Shown here: positions 12,251 to 26,939 of the stretch, in pieces
Numbering within the stretch: position 1 is the first letter of the stretch
Layout of the letters: each line of letters begins with the position of its first letter
NCBI RefSeq assembly: GCF_006345805.1
Contig: NC_043004.1
Coordinates: forward strand, 63,674,001-63,738,000
DNA length: 64,000 nt
Source of the DNA: Octopus sinensis
Taxonomy: Eukaryota
Direction of reading: 5' to 3'
The notes under the pieces: model-generated
Databases searched by the model: none
What the model was told of the DNA's origin: nothing
What the model saw: the letters and a program-made list of their open reading frames with translations, nothing else
Program-made: the position numbers and the translations under genes

Positions 12251-12769
12251 GACACAACAGAATCCACAATAATGTGGGAATGAATATTATCCCTCGGTAT
12301 TAATACTACTTTTGTCGCTAATATATATTAGATCAAAGTATAACTGAGTGTTGTAACAGGTAATTGTTTTTTCTCCGTATTAAAGGAGATTGGATAGAGT
12401 TAATATTGAACTTAATTACTTGATGGTCATACGGAAATTAACATACCGATATGTGTTGCTATGGTTTATAAGTACAAAAAGGAAGATATAAACTAAGCCA
12501 GTAATAATGAAGATATCTAGTTGAAAGATGGGCCAAATAATGTTAAATGTTGAATGTTAGGGCATATTTAAACCGAGAGAGGAAAATCACATAAATTCAA
12601 TTAAGGATAGAAATGAGATGATTAAGACTAGCTTGAGCAAGGATAGAAGCGTTAGCTTTAGTACACTACTGGTAGAATGTAGTTCAGCTATATTTTATAC
12701 AACAGAAAGAGATGAGTTCAGTCACTTTGCGCAGCACCTTAGGCAAATGTCTTCTACTAGAGGCATTGA

Positions 12770-12990
12770 GCCAACCAAAACCTTGTAAGTATTTGTTGGA
12801 CGGGAATTGAAAGAAGCCAGTCGCGTGTAGATATGTATATATAAAGACACACACACACACAAATGTATTTATATAAATATGAGTGCGTGTGTGTGTACCT
12901 GTGTGTGTCTGGGTGTGTTTCCCCCATCACTGCTTGGCAGCCGATATTGATTTGTTTACGTCCCCGTAAACAAATAGTCATATAGAATAA
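12770..12990 (+). mobile_element. 5'-truncated copy of the 9929-type SINE
   Basis: ttgaaagaagcc...(CA/TG tract)...gtttacgtccccgtaa...tagaataag matches the body and 3' end of 9929-10215. Confidence 0.6.
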
Positions 12991-13000
12991 GCCCTATATG

Positions 13001-13102
<102 letters not shown>

Positions 13103-13189
13103 TGTATAAAAGATCGTGGGTAAGGCCAAAACAATGCTAAGTAAATGGCAAGCTAAGACCCCGTTTTCAAGAAAGTGATGGATCTTGCC

Positions 13190-13520
13190 GATGTGCGTGT
13201 GTGAAGTGGACATGCGCAGAAGGTTTTTGCTTTATCAACCAGGTAGCTTCCTGTGACTCCCTTCTATTATTGATCTTGGGTTTCTTTTGGTGTATGAGGA
13301 TAGCTTCAGAGAATCCAAGATTTCCCCTGTTCCACTGTGTTGCCTTGATGTGCTCTGTGAACTCCCGAGTCTGGCATTTCCGCAGATGTTTCTTCACGGA
13401 AGTGTCTGCCTGAATGTGTTCCTTAATCCGTATAAGCAGTTTTCTTGTCGTGCTTCCGATGTAGGATGAGCCACATTTGCCACAGATGATCTCATATACG
13501 ACATAGGTCTTCTAGCACAA
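13190..13520 (-). mobile_element. Penelope-like element remnant (GIY-YIG endonuclease); may extend to about 13990
   Basis: Minus-strand translation VYEIICGKCGSSYIGSTTRKLLIRIKEHIQ...EAILIHQKKPKIN: VY...C..C...YIG.T.R.L..R..EH and EAxxI...P.IN are GIY-YIG PLE hallmarks. Confidence 0.75.
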
Positions 13521-14489
13521 TTCAGGGTCATTGATGGGGCAGGTCGAACCCCGAAATATTTAATACAAAGTAAGCCTACCTTAATTCACATATTTGTTTT
13601 CTTGTGATTTACCTTGCATTTACCTGGCATTGTTTTGGCTTTGCCCAAGATCTTTTATACAATGTATTCTACAAGATACTTCGCAGTAATTATTCCATAT
13701 ATTCATGAGTGAGCAGATGTGTCTGAATCTGTTGATTACTTCAGGGGAGCTTTCGACCTGTCTTGGAAAGTTTTGCAATAGGGGCTTCAGAATTTTAGAC
13801 ATAAACCTAGCGATTTCGTATGAATATGGAAACACATCATATTTTGAAATCCCCAACAGACTCACACAAATACGCAGATACGCAGACGTATTGAGAGAGA
13901 CAGATCGAGGGACAGAACTAGGGAAAGCAAGAGAGTGATAGGGAATAAAATAAGTTAATACATTGCGAACTGATATCTTATGTGACACAACAAATAACGT
14001 ATATATATAGATGTGTACCTGCCTGATTGCAGGTATATATGTATGTAAATAAACGAATACAAACGCACAAGCTCTCTGTGTCCCACTCCCTCCCTGTCTT
14101 CTCTCTCACACACGCCCGTTCCAACACAAAACAAACACATTTTCACGCCTGAACTATCATATATATATAACTGCATTAGTATCTTCCGTATTTTGGAACA
14201 ATTGCACAGGATACAACCTTTTATAATATGGGTGTGTTGCACAAATAAGCACGGCATTTATCTCATGTTACTCATGCAGTTTATGACAATGGAAAAGATC
14301 TGCGTATTCAAATAGAAGATTTAAGAAGAACGAAATTCCATTTTAACAGCTACTTAATATTCCTAAGTAGGTCAAGAAAAGTTACAAAATCTCTCATTCG
14401 ATAACTTACATTAAACTTCCTTGTTATTGCGGCAGTCTGAATGTGTATATACACATGCAGGTATTTATGTAGTCTAGTCCGGCTTTTAT

Positions 14490-17400
14490 ATTTCATGTCC
14501 TGATACATTTCCTGCTGTGGCTGTGTAGTCCTATCCTGGACAAACACTCCATCTGGCAGGTACCGCAAATGTAGCGAAGACTGTTCCTGGCTGGTTGTAA
14601 TGCCATAGTTTCTTGTTGACGTCTCTTCTTTTCTTTCCATTTCTCCTCTCTCTCTCTCTGCCACTCCTTTGTATTCCCTCTTTTAGGTACGTCGCCATTC
14701 TCCACGGTTGCCGGCAACTGTCTCCCAACCGCTAATATTGATGTTGCAGGCCTTCGTGTCCCTTTTGCAAACATCCTTGTAACGTAAGATCGGTTTACCC
14801 ACAGACCTATTACCCCTAGCAAGCTCTCCGTAGAGTATGTCCTTGGGGATTCTGCCATCTTTCATACGGCTAACATGCCCAAGCCATCTCATACGTCATT
14901 GTGTGAGGAGTGCAAACATGCTTGGTATTCCTGCTTGCCTGAGGACATCTTTGTTGGGGATATGATTCTGCCATTTGATGCGGAGGATTTTTCGGAGGCA
15001 GCGCAGGTGAAAGATGTTTAGGCGACGCTCTTGGCGTGTGTATAGCGTCCAAGTCTCACTTCCATACAGTAGAGTGCTGAGTACACATGCCTGGTAGATC
15101 TTCATTTTCGTGGTCTTGGTCAGCTTATTGTTGTCCCAAGCCCGTTTGGAGAGTTGGGCCATCGCAGCAGCTGCCTTGCCAATGTGTATATTGAGCTCAG
15201 CGTCAAGGGATAGGTTGTAGGTGACGGTAGAGCCCAGATAGGTAAACTTCTCCACCTGTAGTAATCTGTGGTCTCTAATATGTATGTTTGAGATGTCCGA
15301 TGTAGCCTGGCTCATGATGTTGGTCTTCTTAAGGATGATAGCTAAGCCAAAGTCGTTACATGCTTGCTTAAAACAGTTAATGAGCGACATCATCAGCAAA
15401 TAACATCTCCTTGATCAGGACGTTTCTGATTTTGGTCTTGGAACGCAGGCGCGAGAGATTGAACATTTTCCCGTCACTTCTACTGTGCAGAAACACTCCA
15501 TCATCTGATGTCTGAAAGGCATGTGAAAGTAAGAGCGAGAAGAAGATGCCAAAGAATGTAGGAGCGAGGACACAACCTTGCTTTACACCGTTTTTTATTT
15601 GGAAGGCGGCTGATGTTGAACCGTTGTGCTGTATGGTGCCTTGCATGTCATCATGGAAAGACTTGATGATCCTCAGCAGCTTAGGTGGACATCCGATTTT
15701 TTGGAGCAGGATAAAGAGGCCTTTCTGCTTACCGAGTCAAAAGCCTTTGTTAGATCAATGAAGGCCATATATAATGGCATTTTCTGCTCTCTGGACTTTT
15801 CCTGAAGTTGGCGTATGGAGAATATCATATCGATAGTTGATCTGCTTCTTCTAAAGCCACACTGCGATTCCGGATAGATTCGAGAAGCAAGTAGTTGTAG
15901 CCTGGCCAGGATAACGCGGGCAAAGGTCTTTCCAACAGTGCTTAGAAGAGATATACCACGGTAATTGTTACAATCACCACGGTCACCTTTGTTTTTGTAA
16001 AGCGTAATGATGTTAGCATCCCGCATATCCTGAGGGACTGTACCCTCTTCCCAGCACTGACACAGAAGCTCATGAAGGTGCCGAAGCAGGATGATGTTTT
16101 GCCGGCCTTGATGATCTCTGAGGGGATGCCGTCTTTTTCCGGAGCCTTATTTCTTGCTAGGGAGTCAACACCCTTGGTGATCTCTGCTATAGATGGCGGA
16201 CTGTCAAGTTCGCACATGACTGGCAAGATCTTGACACTCTCGACTGCAGCCTCAGCCACTGTAGTCTCCCGTGAGTAGAGATCCTGGTAGTGCTCCACCC
16301 ATCTATCCATTTGCTTGCCTTGATCCCTGATGAGATCTCCAGTAGTTGATTTCAGAGGGGCTGACTTGGTTGCGGATGGACCGAGGGCCTTCTTCAAACC
16401 GGCATACATCCCACAGCTGTCGCCCCCGTCAGCAGCTGACTGGATACTCTGACAGATTTCCTGCCAATATCTATTTGCACAGCGTCTGGCTGTCAGTTGG
16501 GTTTTATTTCGTGCCTTTCTGAGTTCTTCGAGTGACTTTGTAGAACAGTCACTCTTGTATTGCATCAGAGCTGCACGCTTTGCTTCGATAACTGGCTCCA
16601 GCTCTAAGAGCCCAGCATTGAACCAATCTGGGTTTTGCCTTTCTCTCATGCCGAAAGTATCTATTGATGTCGTATACAAGGCTTCCCTGATATAGTCCCA
16701 CCTACTTTCAGCAGAGGAGTTTGGGCAGCTACTGAGGGCAACCTTGATAGAAGCAGAAAAACATTGTCGCAGTGGAGGGTCCGAGGTTCTGGTTGTGTTG
16801 ATGCGTGGTCGGCCCACTTTCTTGGAGCGATGGACTTTTTTAGGCAGAATCCTCACCCTACTTCTAATAAGTGAGTGGTCTGTGTCACAATCCACGCTGT
16901 GGTAACTGCGGGTCAATAGAGTAGAATTCAGAAATAATATCCGTGTAATGATCAGATCCAGCTGATGCCAGTGGTGAGATCTTGGATGTCTCCAGGATGC
17001 CTTGTGGGATGGCTTGTTGGTAAAGAATGTGTTTGTGATGCACAGGTTGTGGTATGTGCAGAATTCGAGTAGTCTCTAACTATTGTCATTCATGTTGCCA
17101 ATACCAAAGTGTCCAACACAAATGGGCCACGAATCACGGTCAGATCCCACGCGAGCGTTAAAATCCCCTAGAAGGTAGATATTTTCAGTCGTTGGTATAT
17201 TTTCTATGACACAGTTGAGATCTTTGTAGAACTGGTCCTTGGTCTCCTCTGAGCTGTAGAGAGTGCGAGCATAGATGCTGAGTAGATGTACTGAGCCAGA
17301 AGAAGTCGGAGAGGCAGTGAGAGGATACGCTCAGTGCCTCCTGATGGTGGTTCTATTGAGGAGAGTAGTGAGTTTCTCACTGCAACACCAACGCCATGTT

Positions 17401-18262
17401 TACGAGGTTCTTCTAGATCGCTTCCCTGCCAAAAGAAGGTGAAATCCTGCTCTTTGAGTTTGCCGTTTGAGGGAAGTCTTGTCTCCTGCAGCCCAGCAAT
17501 ATCTATGTTGAGCCTCTTTCGTTCACGGTCAATGATGGCCGTTTTCCTTGTGTCTTCAATCCTGAGTAGATCATCAGATATTCCAGGACACATGGTCCTG
17601 ACATTCCAGCTTGCCAACCGCAGAACTGGTGTTTTCTTGACTTTTAGTTGTTTGCCTGGTGCAGAGGTTGCAGGCCGCTTTTCGAGTCATACTCTTAGCT
17701 CCAAGCACCCAATGGAGCAGGCGGCCTGTAGCGGGTCAGCACCTTATTAACTGGGGGCTGCCCAGCTTGAGGTGGGCAGTAGCTAACCAATAGGACACGG
17801 AGGTCCCTCCCACCGTCGGAGGTAAACCGTAGCGCCCATATTTTACGCCAATCTGAATAGACTTATCACTCGTGACTGTTACCTCCCGTGTTGTTTCTGC
17901 AGCTTTTTACAGCAGCACTGAAGTGTCCTCTCCAGTTTTGCGCAGGCCTGGGCTAGAGATAAGAAAGTCCTGGGTAGCCCAATCGTCAGGTTTCCTCTCT
18001 CGACCTTGCTGATGTAGTCCAAAGGAGTGCAGTGCATTACGTTTGGCACCAGCTTGGTGGCAGGAGCTGCCGGAAGAGTGTCGAGTCGAACACTAAACCG
18101 CCTTCGAGGCTCCACTCCGGATTTCTTTGAAGGTTGTCTCTTTTCGTAACCCTGGATAGGGGCCCATACCGAGTACTGTCAGCCGGAGCCAGCTGAGCCC
18201 GGAACTCGTGTCAGGCAGGGTCGTCACTCCCTGAAGTAGTGAAGAAGTTCGCAACCCACTAC
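14490..18262 (-). mobile_element. Near full-length RTE (BovB-like) LINE, frameshifted
   Basis: APE: ASWNVRT, AGLQETRL, HGVG, YHSVDCDTDHSL. RT: NYRGISLLS, QCGFR, AFIDLTKAFDSV, GVKQGCVLAPT, LFADD. C-terminal FTYLGS, LLYGSETW, RWLGHVSRM...PK.ILYGEL. About 550 bp of 5' UTR up to a (TA)n tract. Confidence 0.92.
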
Positions 18263-18479
18263 CTTTATATATATATATATATATATATATGCATATATGT
18301 ATACATATGTATACATATACATATATAATATCGCGCCAGACCCGAAGATCATAAATTTGTCAAGCAGAACACAGGAATGAAATAACGTATTGCAGTTTCA
18401 AATTTTCCCCTATATCCACCCTTAATTTCTTAGAACTAAAAGCTGATACTGATCATTTTAACCGCCACTACCCACTTAT

Positions 18480-19280
18480 AGATTTCCTCCGCAATGAGAA
18501 TATAAATGACATATCAATTGTCAGAAATAAACCCCACTTCACCCCTACCAAAAGAATGTCAAACATTTAGATGCACATAGAGACACAATTTGGAAATTTC
18601 CCTTAAGTACCCGAATATGCAATCAAAAACTTCGTGAATAAAATGAGAAACCCTGTTAACACTGATGAATGACAATTCAGTTCTCCTAAAAGAAGCCGAT
18701 AGGGGAGGCGCGATAATGACCATGGACAATGACTGCTATAAATATAAAATATTAGAAATTCTAACAGAGCAAACTTATTACAAGAAAGAACCAAGGAACG
18801 CGGAAGAAAGCAATAATGGATAAAATCAAAACACTAATGAAAACCAAGATTCCTTCACAGGAAGGAATTTCTTCGGATTACCCAACATCCACAAAAGCTC
18901 CGAAATACAGAGGGCCATAAATGAAAAGAGAAGTCAACAGATAAACATACTAAGACTACTGACCTCAAACTCACACCAATAATTGCTGGACCTCAAGGTC
19001 CAACAAAACAGCTGAGTTGTTTTTTGGACATACTTCTAAAACCTGTATGCCCATTAATTCCCACCTATACACAGCACGGCATAGATTTTCTCCAGCGCAT
19101 TCTACCTACGGTCTCAGAAAGCACTATACATACAAGCTTTGACGTCGCCATTCTTCATACCAATATACCTCACGCTTTGAGCCTGGAAACAGTAAAACAC
19201 TGGATAGAGAAACATAGAGTACGGATAAATGAATACTTCAAACTGACTTCATCACCAAAGCCACACGTCTGGTACTAGAA
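18480..19280 (+). mobile_element. Penelope-like element fragment (N-terminal/RT start), homologous to 37270-38070 (-)
   Basis: DILLKP...TSFDVAILHTNIPH..L matches PLE RT motif A (xFDVxSLYTNIP); nearly the same peptide as ORF 37269-37523. Confidence 0.75.
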
Positions 19281-19433
19281 AGAAATATAATGTGCTTAGC
19301 AAAGGGGAATTTTAAAATCATATAATATATTATTATAACTGGAAGTGAAATAAGCAAAATAAAACTTTGCCAACAATTTCTAATGCCAACTTTTAAAAAA
19401 CGAAAATTATCCAAAAACTTACAATACTTAGTC

Positions 19434-20013
19434 ATATCAAAGGGACATGGAAATTAATTATAATGTTCACTTCCAGTGGCATAACTTGTACAAATTTAGT
19501 CCAAAGACTATATATTTGTCATAAAATACAGTGTACATTTAAACACATAAGGAATCCACTCGTGGGATTCAAAACTCTAGAAAGAACACCTAGGTTCTAT
19601 AACCACAAAATTAGGAATAAAATTCGACAGGAACGAAATGAAAAATAAAAACATTTTACCATCTAGTTTCCTGGACTAATTGGTTTCTGATTTTAGTTTA
19701 GCAAGTAAATACCATTTACCCGCTAGGTGAAATCATCCTCAAAACGTACACCTTGGGTTAAATATATAAACACGAGGCGATCAAAACTATGCGCCTCTTG
19801 TTTATATATCCTAATTTTTTCAAAACCTACTGCGCAGACGTAGTCCATCGCCGGCAGTAAAAAAAAAGCCAACTTTTCAATCCCACGATTGGATTCCTTA
19901 TGTGTTTAAATGTACCGTGCATTTTATGATTAATACATAGTCTTTGGACTAAATTTTTACAGGTTAGGCCACTGAAAGTGAAAATTTTAATTAATTTCCA
20001 TTTCCCTTTCATA
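19434..20013. mobile_element. About 580-bp MITE with about 140-bp imperfect TIRs
   Basis: 19434-19573 and 19873-20013 are reverse complements (the ORF track gives near-identical peptides on opposite strands); the right end abuts a TA repeat. Confidence 0.7.
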
Positions 20014-20309
20014 TATCTAACTATATATATATATAAGTGTATATATATATATATTTATATATATATATGTGTGTGTGTGTATGTATGTATGTATGTATGT
20101 ATGTATGTATGTATGTATGTATGTATGTGTGTATGTATGTATGTATGTATGTGTGTATGTATGTATGTATGTATGTATGTATGTGTGTATGTATGTATGT
20201 ATGTATGTGTGTATGTATGTATGTATGTATGAAATATAATTTTTTCTGAATCTTCAGATTTTTAAAACGATATTAAGTTAATATTCGATTTTTCACCCTT
20301 ATTATTTAA

Positions 20310-20422
<113 letters not shown>

Positions 20423-20448
20423 ATGACTGCGGATCGGGCAAATGAAGA

Positions 20449-21310
20449 TTCTAACTTCTCTCTACAAGCTTAGATATTAGCACGATTTTTTTCAGGAATC
20501 CCGACTCATATCTAAAGCTGCAGTTCATTACGCTACCGACATACGCGTTCAGTTCCGACATTATCACCCACAAGAGAGAAATGGGAGGTGGAGTCCCTTA
20601 GGAAACCAACAGAAGAGTGGATTTTGTCAGCAGAAATTCTAAAGCAAATAGATTCCGCTTCTTCAACATAGTGAGAGAAGAGCCCTCCTGAAGACCTCGA
20701 GAAGCTCTCTAACATTAACTCATCATCTGCAAAATCCAGAACTGTAATCTTAGTGTCATAAATACTCGGACCGGAATTCGATGTTCCACCATCCAGACAA
20801 GTATCCAGTCCATGCAGATATTGATCTTAGTTGGAGAATCTCCGATGGAATGCTCCGACGGAATGCAGATCCAAGTAAGAATTAGTCAGATGCTGACCGC
20901 AGTCCAAATTTCTTTAAGGCCACCATCGGCGCAACCACGCCGTAGTTTTTCTGAACACATCCCTGTACATCAAGAAACTTATTGATGTCGACATAACCTT
21001 CAAGCATCTCCAAACAAATGTTTCGCATAAGTTCGATGAGTATTGAGAAAGAAAGTATCTGGTGAGTAGTTCATCTCTTTCGTGTAAATGCTGACTGCTG
21101 CCACTACTTAAATAAGAGGCATGTAGATTGTTTTGCTCTCTGTTGAGAACAATCGGGACGAACTTCTTCCGTGAACGGAAATGAACACAAGTTTTGGAAA
21201 GTTGTCACAGTCGTGGTGTTCAGCACTAGATGAAGTATATGATCCCTTTTCCGGAGACTTTGCTAAAGGCCATAAGGCACATGCGCACAGCATCACGTAA
21301 GTATTGTCAA
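20449..21310 (-). mobile_element. Old RTE-type RT remnant inside triplication unit 1
   Basis: Decayed RT: LWPLAKSPEKG (VPLxKGKG), NFPKLVFISVHGR (NYRGITLLSVPGK), GYVDINK, KITVLDFADD, EEAESICFRIS. Confidence 0.7.
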
Positions 21311-21403
21311 ATAAAATATTTATATTTAAAATACATGATCTTGAATAACGAGGATATATATTCTGAGAATGTCTTGTAAGCAATTCAATATCGAAACAGT
21401 GTA

Positions 21404-21468
<65 letters not shown>

Positions 21469-22585
21469 GTCTGTGGGATGGGTTGTGTTTGTGGTGTGGT
21501 TGTTTGAGCTAGTGTTTCAGGTGTTTGTAGCAGTGGTCGTGATGCAGTATCTGTTTCGGGTGTATTCATCTTGCTGGCTTTATTTCAACTCTACTGCTTG
21601 TGTAGCTGACCTTTGTTACTATTTGTCCATAGATTTGTTTTCCTTTTTGTGTTTTTTCGTTTTTCTTTGGGATAGTTTGCATTGACATATTTAGCTTGAC
21701 AGCCAGCTCGTCTCTGTCCACTAGCATTTTTACTTTTCCCTCAGAGATGTTCACTCGCTAAAGAGATGATCTGGTAGCACCAGCGAAGGAAACGCTTGTC
21801 TTCCTCCAAACATTGCACGGGGTTCGCCTCTGAACACCCTCATCGCTGCCATCGTTGCTGTTGCTGCTGCCGTTGTTGTAGTAATATTTGCCATTGTTGC
21901 TGTTGTTGCTGCTGTTGATGGCCTCAAGCTTCTCGGTTTCACTAAAATCCATTTGCATTGCTTTTGTCGTTAACCGCTTCCTTGTTCTCTTCTCAGTACT
22001 GTTTGTTGTTGTACTGGCTCGTTCTTAGTATGTTCTCTGCTTAACTTCGTACTGCAACTATTAGTGATGGTGAGAATATGGTTACTTTTGTTTTTGTCTA
22101 TCTCACTATCTTTGCTGCTATTTTTCTTGCTGCTACTAGCGATGGTGGTGACGGATGTGGTGATGTTGACCCTGCTGATTTCCCGCGCTCTTTCATACTT
22201 CAGATCATTCTCATTGTTGCTGCAGCTGCCATCGCTGACAGACTTCGTCGCATAGGGTACAAGGTGAGATGGCGACGGAGGAAGAGGGAAATTTTCTTCA
22301 CCTGAGGGATGGTTGGTGGGAGATACGACCCCCTTCTCAATGCTGCGGTAAAGACAAATAGTTAGGCCATTTTGAATGTATGTTTGCTGTGTTTCAAAAT
22401 AGTTGAGCGTTTTATGAAGGCAAAAATATTGCCCCTTACGAGGCAAAAACAACCACAGAGCACCAGGCAAGAGATTCCTGGTCTTCCAACAACGAGTTGA
22501 AACAAGCACTAACGACAAAAAACAATAATTATAAAACACATTTACGTAGCCTCTTCGTAAACACGTGCTTACAATTCCACAGCAA

Positions 22586-22660
<75 letters not shown>

Positions 22661-23206
22661 CGTTTAGCGTCCGCTTTCCATGGTAGCATGGGTTGGACGG
22701 TTCAACTGGGGTCTGGGAAGCCAGAAGGCTGCACCAGGCCCAGTCTGATCTGGCAATGTTTCTACGGCTGGATGCCCTTCCGAACGCCAACCACTCCATG
22801 AGTGTAGTGAGTGCTTTTTACGTGCCACCGGCACAGGTGCCAGACGAGTCCATTTTACCATCTAGTTTCCTGGACTAATTGGTTTCTGATTTTAGTTTAG
22901 CAAGTAAATACCATTTACCCGCTAGGTTAAATTGTCCTCAACAGGTAAACCTTGGGTTAAATATATAAATACGAAGAGATCAAAACTATGCGCCTCTTGT
23001 TTATAGATCCTATTTTTTTCAAAACCTACTGCGCAGACGTAGCCCTTCGCCGGCAGTAAAAAAAAAAGCCAACTTTTCAATCCCACGATTGGATTCCTTA
23101 TATGTTTAAATGTACCGTGCATTTTATGATTAATACATAGTCTTTGGACTAAATTTTTACAGGTTAGGCCACTGAAAGTGAAAATTTTAATTAATTTCCA
23201 TTTCCT

Positions 23207-23345
<139 letters not shown>

Positions 23346-23479
23346 TGTATGTATGTATGTATGTATGTATGTATGAAATATAATTTTTTTCTGAATCTTC
23401 AGAATTTTGATATGCTAGGTCACTGGTTTTAAATTGATATTAAGTTAATATTCAATTTTTCACACTTATTATTTAAATT

Positions 23480-23594
<115 letters not shown>

Positions 23595-23679
23595 ATATAT
23601 ATATATAAATGCTTCTAAATTACTTGGGCTGCGTCTCTAAATGGTAGAGCATGACTGCGGATCAGGCAAATGATGATTC

Positions 23680-24540
23680 TAACTTCTGTCTACAAGCTTA
23701 GATATTAGCACGATTTTTTTCAGGAATTCAGACTCACATCTAAAGCTGCAGTTCATTACGCTACTGACATACGCGTTCAGTTCCGACATTCTCACCCACA
23801 AGAGAGAAATGGGAGGTGGAGTCCCTTAGGAAACCAACAGAAGAGTGGATTTTGTCCACAGAAATTCTAAAGCAAATAGATTCCGCTTCTTCAACATAGT
23901 GAGAGAAGAGCCCTCCTGAAGACCTCGAGAAGCTCTCTAACATTAACTCATCATCTGCAAAATCCAGAACTGTAATCTTAGTGTCATAAATATTCGGACC
24001 GGAATTCGATGTTCCACCATACAGACAAGTATCCAGTCCATGCAGATATTGATCTTTGTTGGAGCATCTCCGATGGAATGCTCCGACGGAATACAGATCC
24101 AAGTAAGAATTAGTCAGATGCTGACCGCAGTCCAAATTTCTTTAAGGCCACCATCGGCGCAACCACGCCATAGTTTTTCTGAACACATCCCTGTACATCA
24201 AGAAACTTATTGATGTCGACATAACCTTCAAGCATCTCCAAACAAATGTTTCGCATAAGTTCGATGAGTATTGAGAAAAAAGTATCTGGTGAGTAGTTCA
24301 TCTCTTTCGTGTAAATGCTGACTGCTGCCACTACTTAAATAAGAGGCATGTAGATTGTTTTGCTCTCTGTTGAGAACAATCGGGACGGACTTCTTCCGTG
24401 AACGAAAATGAACACAAGTTTTGGAAAGTAGTTACAGTCGTGATGTTCAGCACTAGATGAAGTATATGATCCCTTTTCCGGAGACTTTGCTAAAGGCCAT
24501 AAGGTACATGCGCACAGCATCACGTAAGTTTTGTCAAATG
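23680..24540 (-). mobile_element. Old RTE-type RT remnant inside triplication unit 2
   Basis: Copy of 20449-21310 (ORFs 23761-24135, 24110-24331). Confidence 0.7.
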
Positions 24541-24630
24541 AAATATTTATATTTAAAATACATGATCTTGAATAACGAGGATATATATTCTGAGAATGTC
24601 TTGTAAGTAATTCAATATCGAAACAGTGTA

Positions 24631-24689
<59 letters not shown>

Positions 24690-25806
24690 GTCTGTGGGAT
24701 GGGTTGTGTTTGTGGTGTGGTTGTTTGAGCTAGTGTTTCAGGTGTTTGTAGCAGTGGTCGTGATGCAGTATCTGTTTCGGGTGTATTTATCTTGCTGGCT
24801 TTATTTCAACTCTACTGCTTGTGTAGCTGACCTTTGTTACTATTTGTCCATAGATTTGTTTTCCTTTTTGTGTTTTTTCGTTTTTCTTTGGGATAGTTTG
24901 CATTGACATATTTAGCTTGACAGCCAGCTCGTCTGTGTCCACTAGCATTTTTACTTCCCCCTCAGAGAAGTTCACTCGCTAAAGAGATGATCTGGTAGCA
25001 CCAGCGAAGGAAACGCTTGTGTTCCTCCAAACATTGCACGGGGTTCGCCTCTGAACACCCTCATCGCTGCCATCGTTGCTGTTGCTGCTGCCGTTGTTGT
25101 AGTAATCTTTGCCATTGTTGCTGTTGTTGCTGCTGTTGATGGCCTCAAGCTTCTCGGTTTCACTAAAATCCATTTGCATTGCTTTTGTCGTTAACCGCTT
25201 CCTCGTTCTCTTCTCAGTACTGTTTGTTGTTGTACTGGCTCGTTCTTAGTATGTTCTTTGCTTAACTTCGTACTGCAACTATTAGTGATGGTGAGAATAA
25301 GGTTACTTTTGTTTTTGTCTATCTCACTATCTTTGCTGCTATTTTTCATGCTGCTACTAGCGATGGTGGTGACGGATGTGGTGATGTTGACCCCGCTGAT
25401 TTCCCGCGCTCTTTCATACTTCAGATCATTCTCATTGTTGCTGCAGCTGCCATCGCTGACAGACTTCGTCGCATAGGGTACAAGATGAGATGGCGACGGA
25501 GGAAGAGGGAAATTTTCTTCACCTGAGGGATGGTTGGTGGGAGATACGACCCCCTTCTCAATGCTGCGGTAAAGACAAATAGTTAGGCCATTTTGAATGT
25601 ATGTTTGCTGTGTTTCAAAATAGTTGAGCGTTTTATGAAGGCAAAAATATTGCCCCTTACGAGGCAAAAACAACCACAGAGCACCAGGCAAGAGATTCCT
25701 GGTCTTCCAAACAACGAGTTGAAACAAGCACTAACGACAAAAAACAATAATTATAACACACATTACGTAGCCTCTTCGTAAACATGTGCTTACAATTCCA
25801 CAGCAA

Positions 25807-25891
<85 letters not shown>

Positions 25892-26458
25892 TATAATAAT
25901 AATAATAATCGTTTAGCGTCCGCTTTCCATGGTAGCATGGGTTGGACGGTTCAACAGGGGTCTGGGAAGCCAGAAGGCTGCACCAGGCCCAGTCTGATCT
26001 GGCAATGTTTCTACGGCTGGATGCCCTTCCGATCGCCAACCACTCCATGAGTGTAGTGAGTGCTTTTTACGTGCCACCGGCACAGGTGCCAGACGAGTCC
26101 ATTTTACCATCTAGTTTCCTGGACTAATTGGTTTCTGATTTTAGTTTAGCAAGTAAATACCATTTACCCGCTAGGTTAAATTGTCCTCAACAGGTAAACC
26201 TTGGGTTAAATATATAAATACGAAGCGATCAAAACTATGCGCCTCTTGTTTATAGATCCTAATTTTTTCAAAACCTACTGCGCAGACGTAGCCCTTCGCC
26301 GGCAGTAAAAAAAAAGCCAACTTTTCAATCCCACGATTGGATTCCTTATGTGTTTAAATATACCGTGCATTTTACGATTAATACATAGTCTTTGGACTAA
26401 ATGTTTACAGGTTAGGCCACTGAAAGTGAAAATTTTAATTAATTTCCATTTCCTTTTC

Positions 26459-26567
<109 letters not shown>

Positions 26568-26726
26568 TGTATGTATGTATGTATGTATGTATGTATGTAT
26601 GTATGAAATATAATTTTTTCTGAATCTTCAGAATTTTGATATGCTAGGTCACTGGTTTTAAATTGATATTAAGTTAATATTCAATTTTTCACACTTATTA
26701 TTTAAATTTATATATATATAATATAT

Positions 26727-26855
<129 letters not shown>

Positions 26856-26939
26856 ATATATATATATATAAATGCTTCTAAATTACTTGGGCTGCGTCTT
26901 TAAATGGTAGAGCATGACTGCGGATCAGGCAAATGATGA

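Noticed and set aside
21128-21296. Apparent + strand exon ending cac|gtaagta in each triplication unit
   Set aside because: It is the antisense of the decayed RTE RT; all frames have stops.
21450-22560. Long minus-strand S/T/N-rich ORFs in the triplication
   Set aside because: Open frames come from low-complexity sequence and differ among units. Possibly a LINE ORF1 relic, but no diagnostic motif, so not called.
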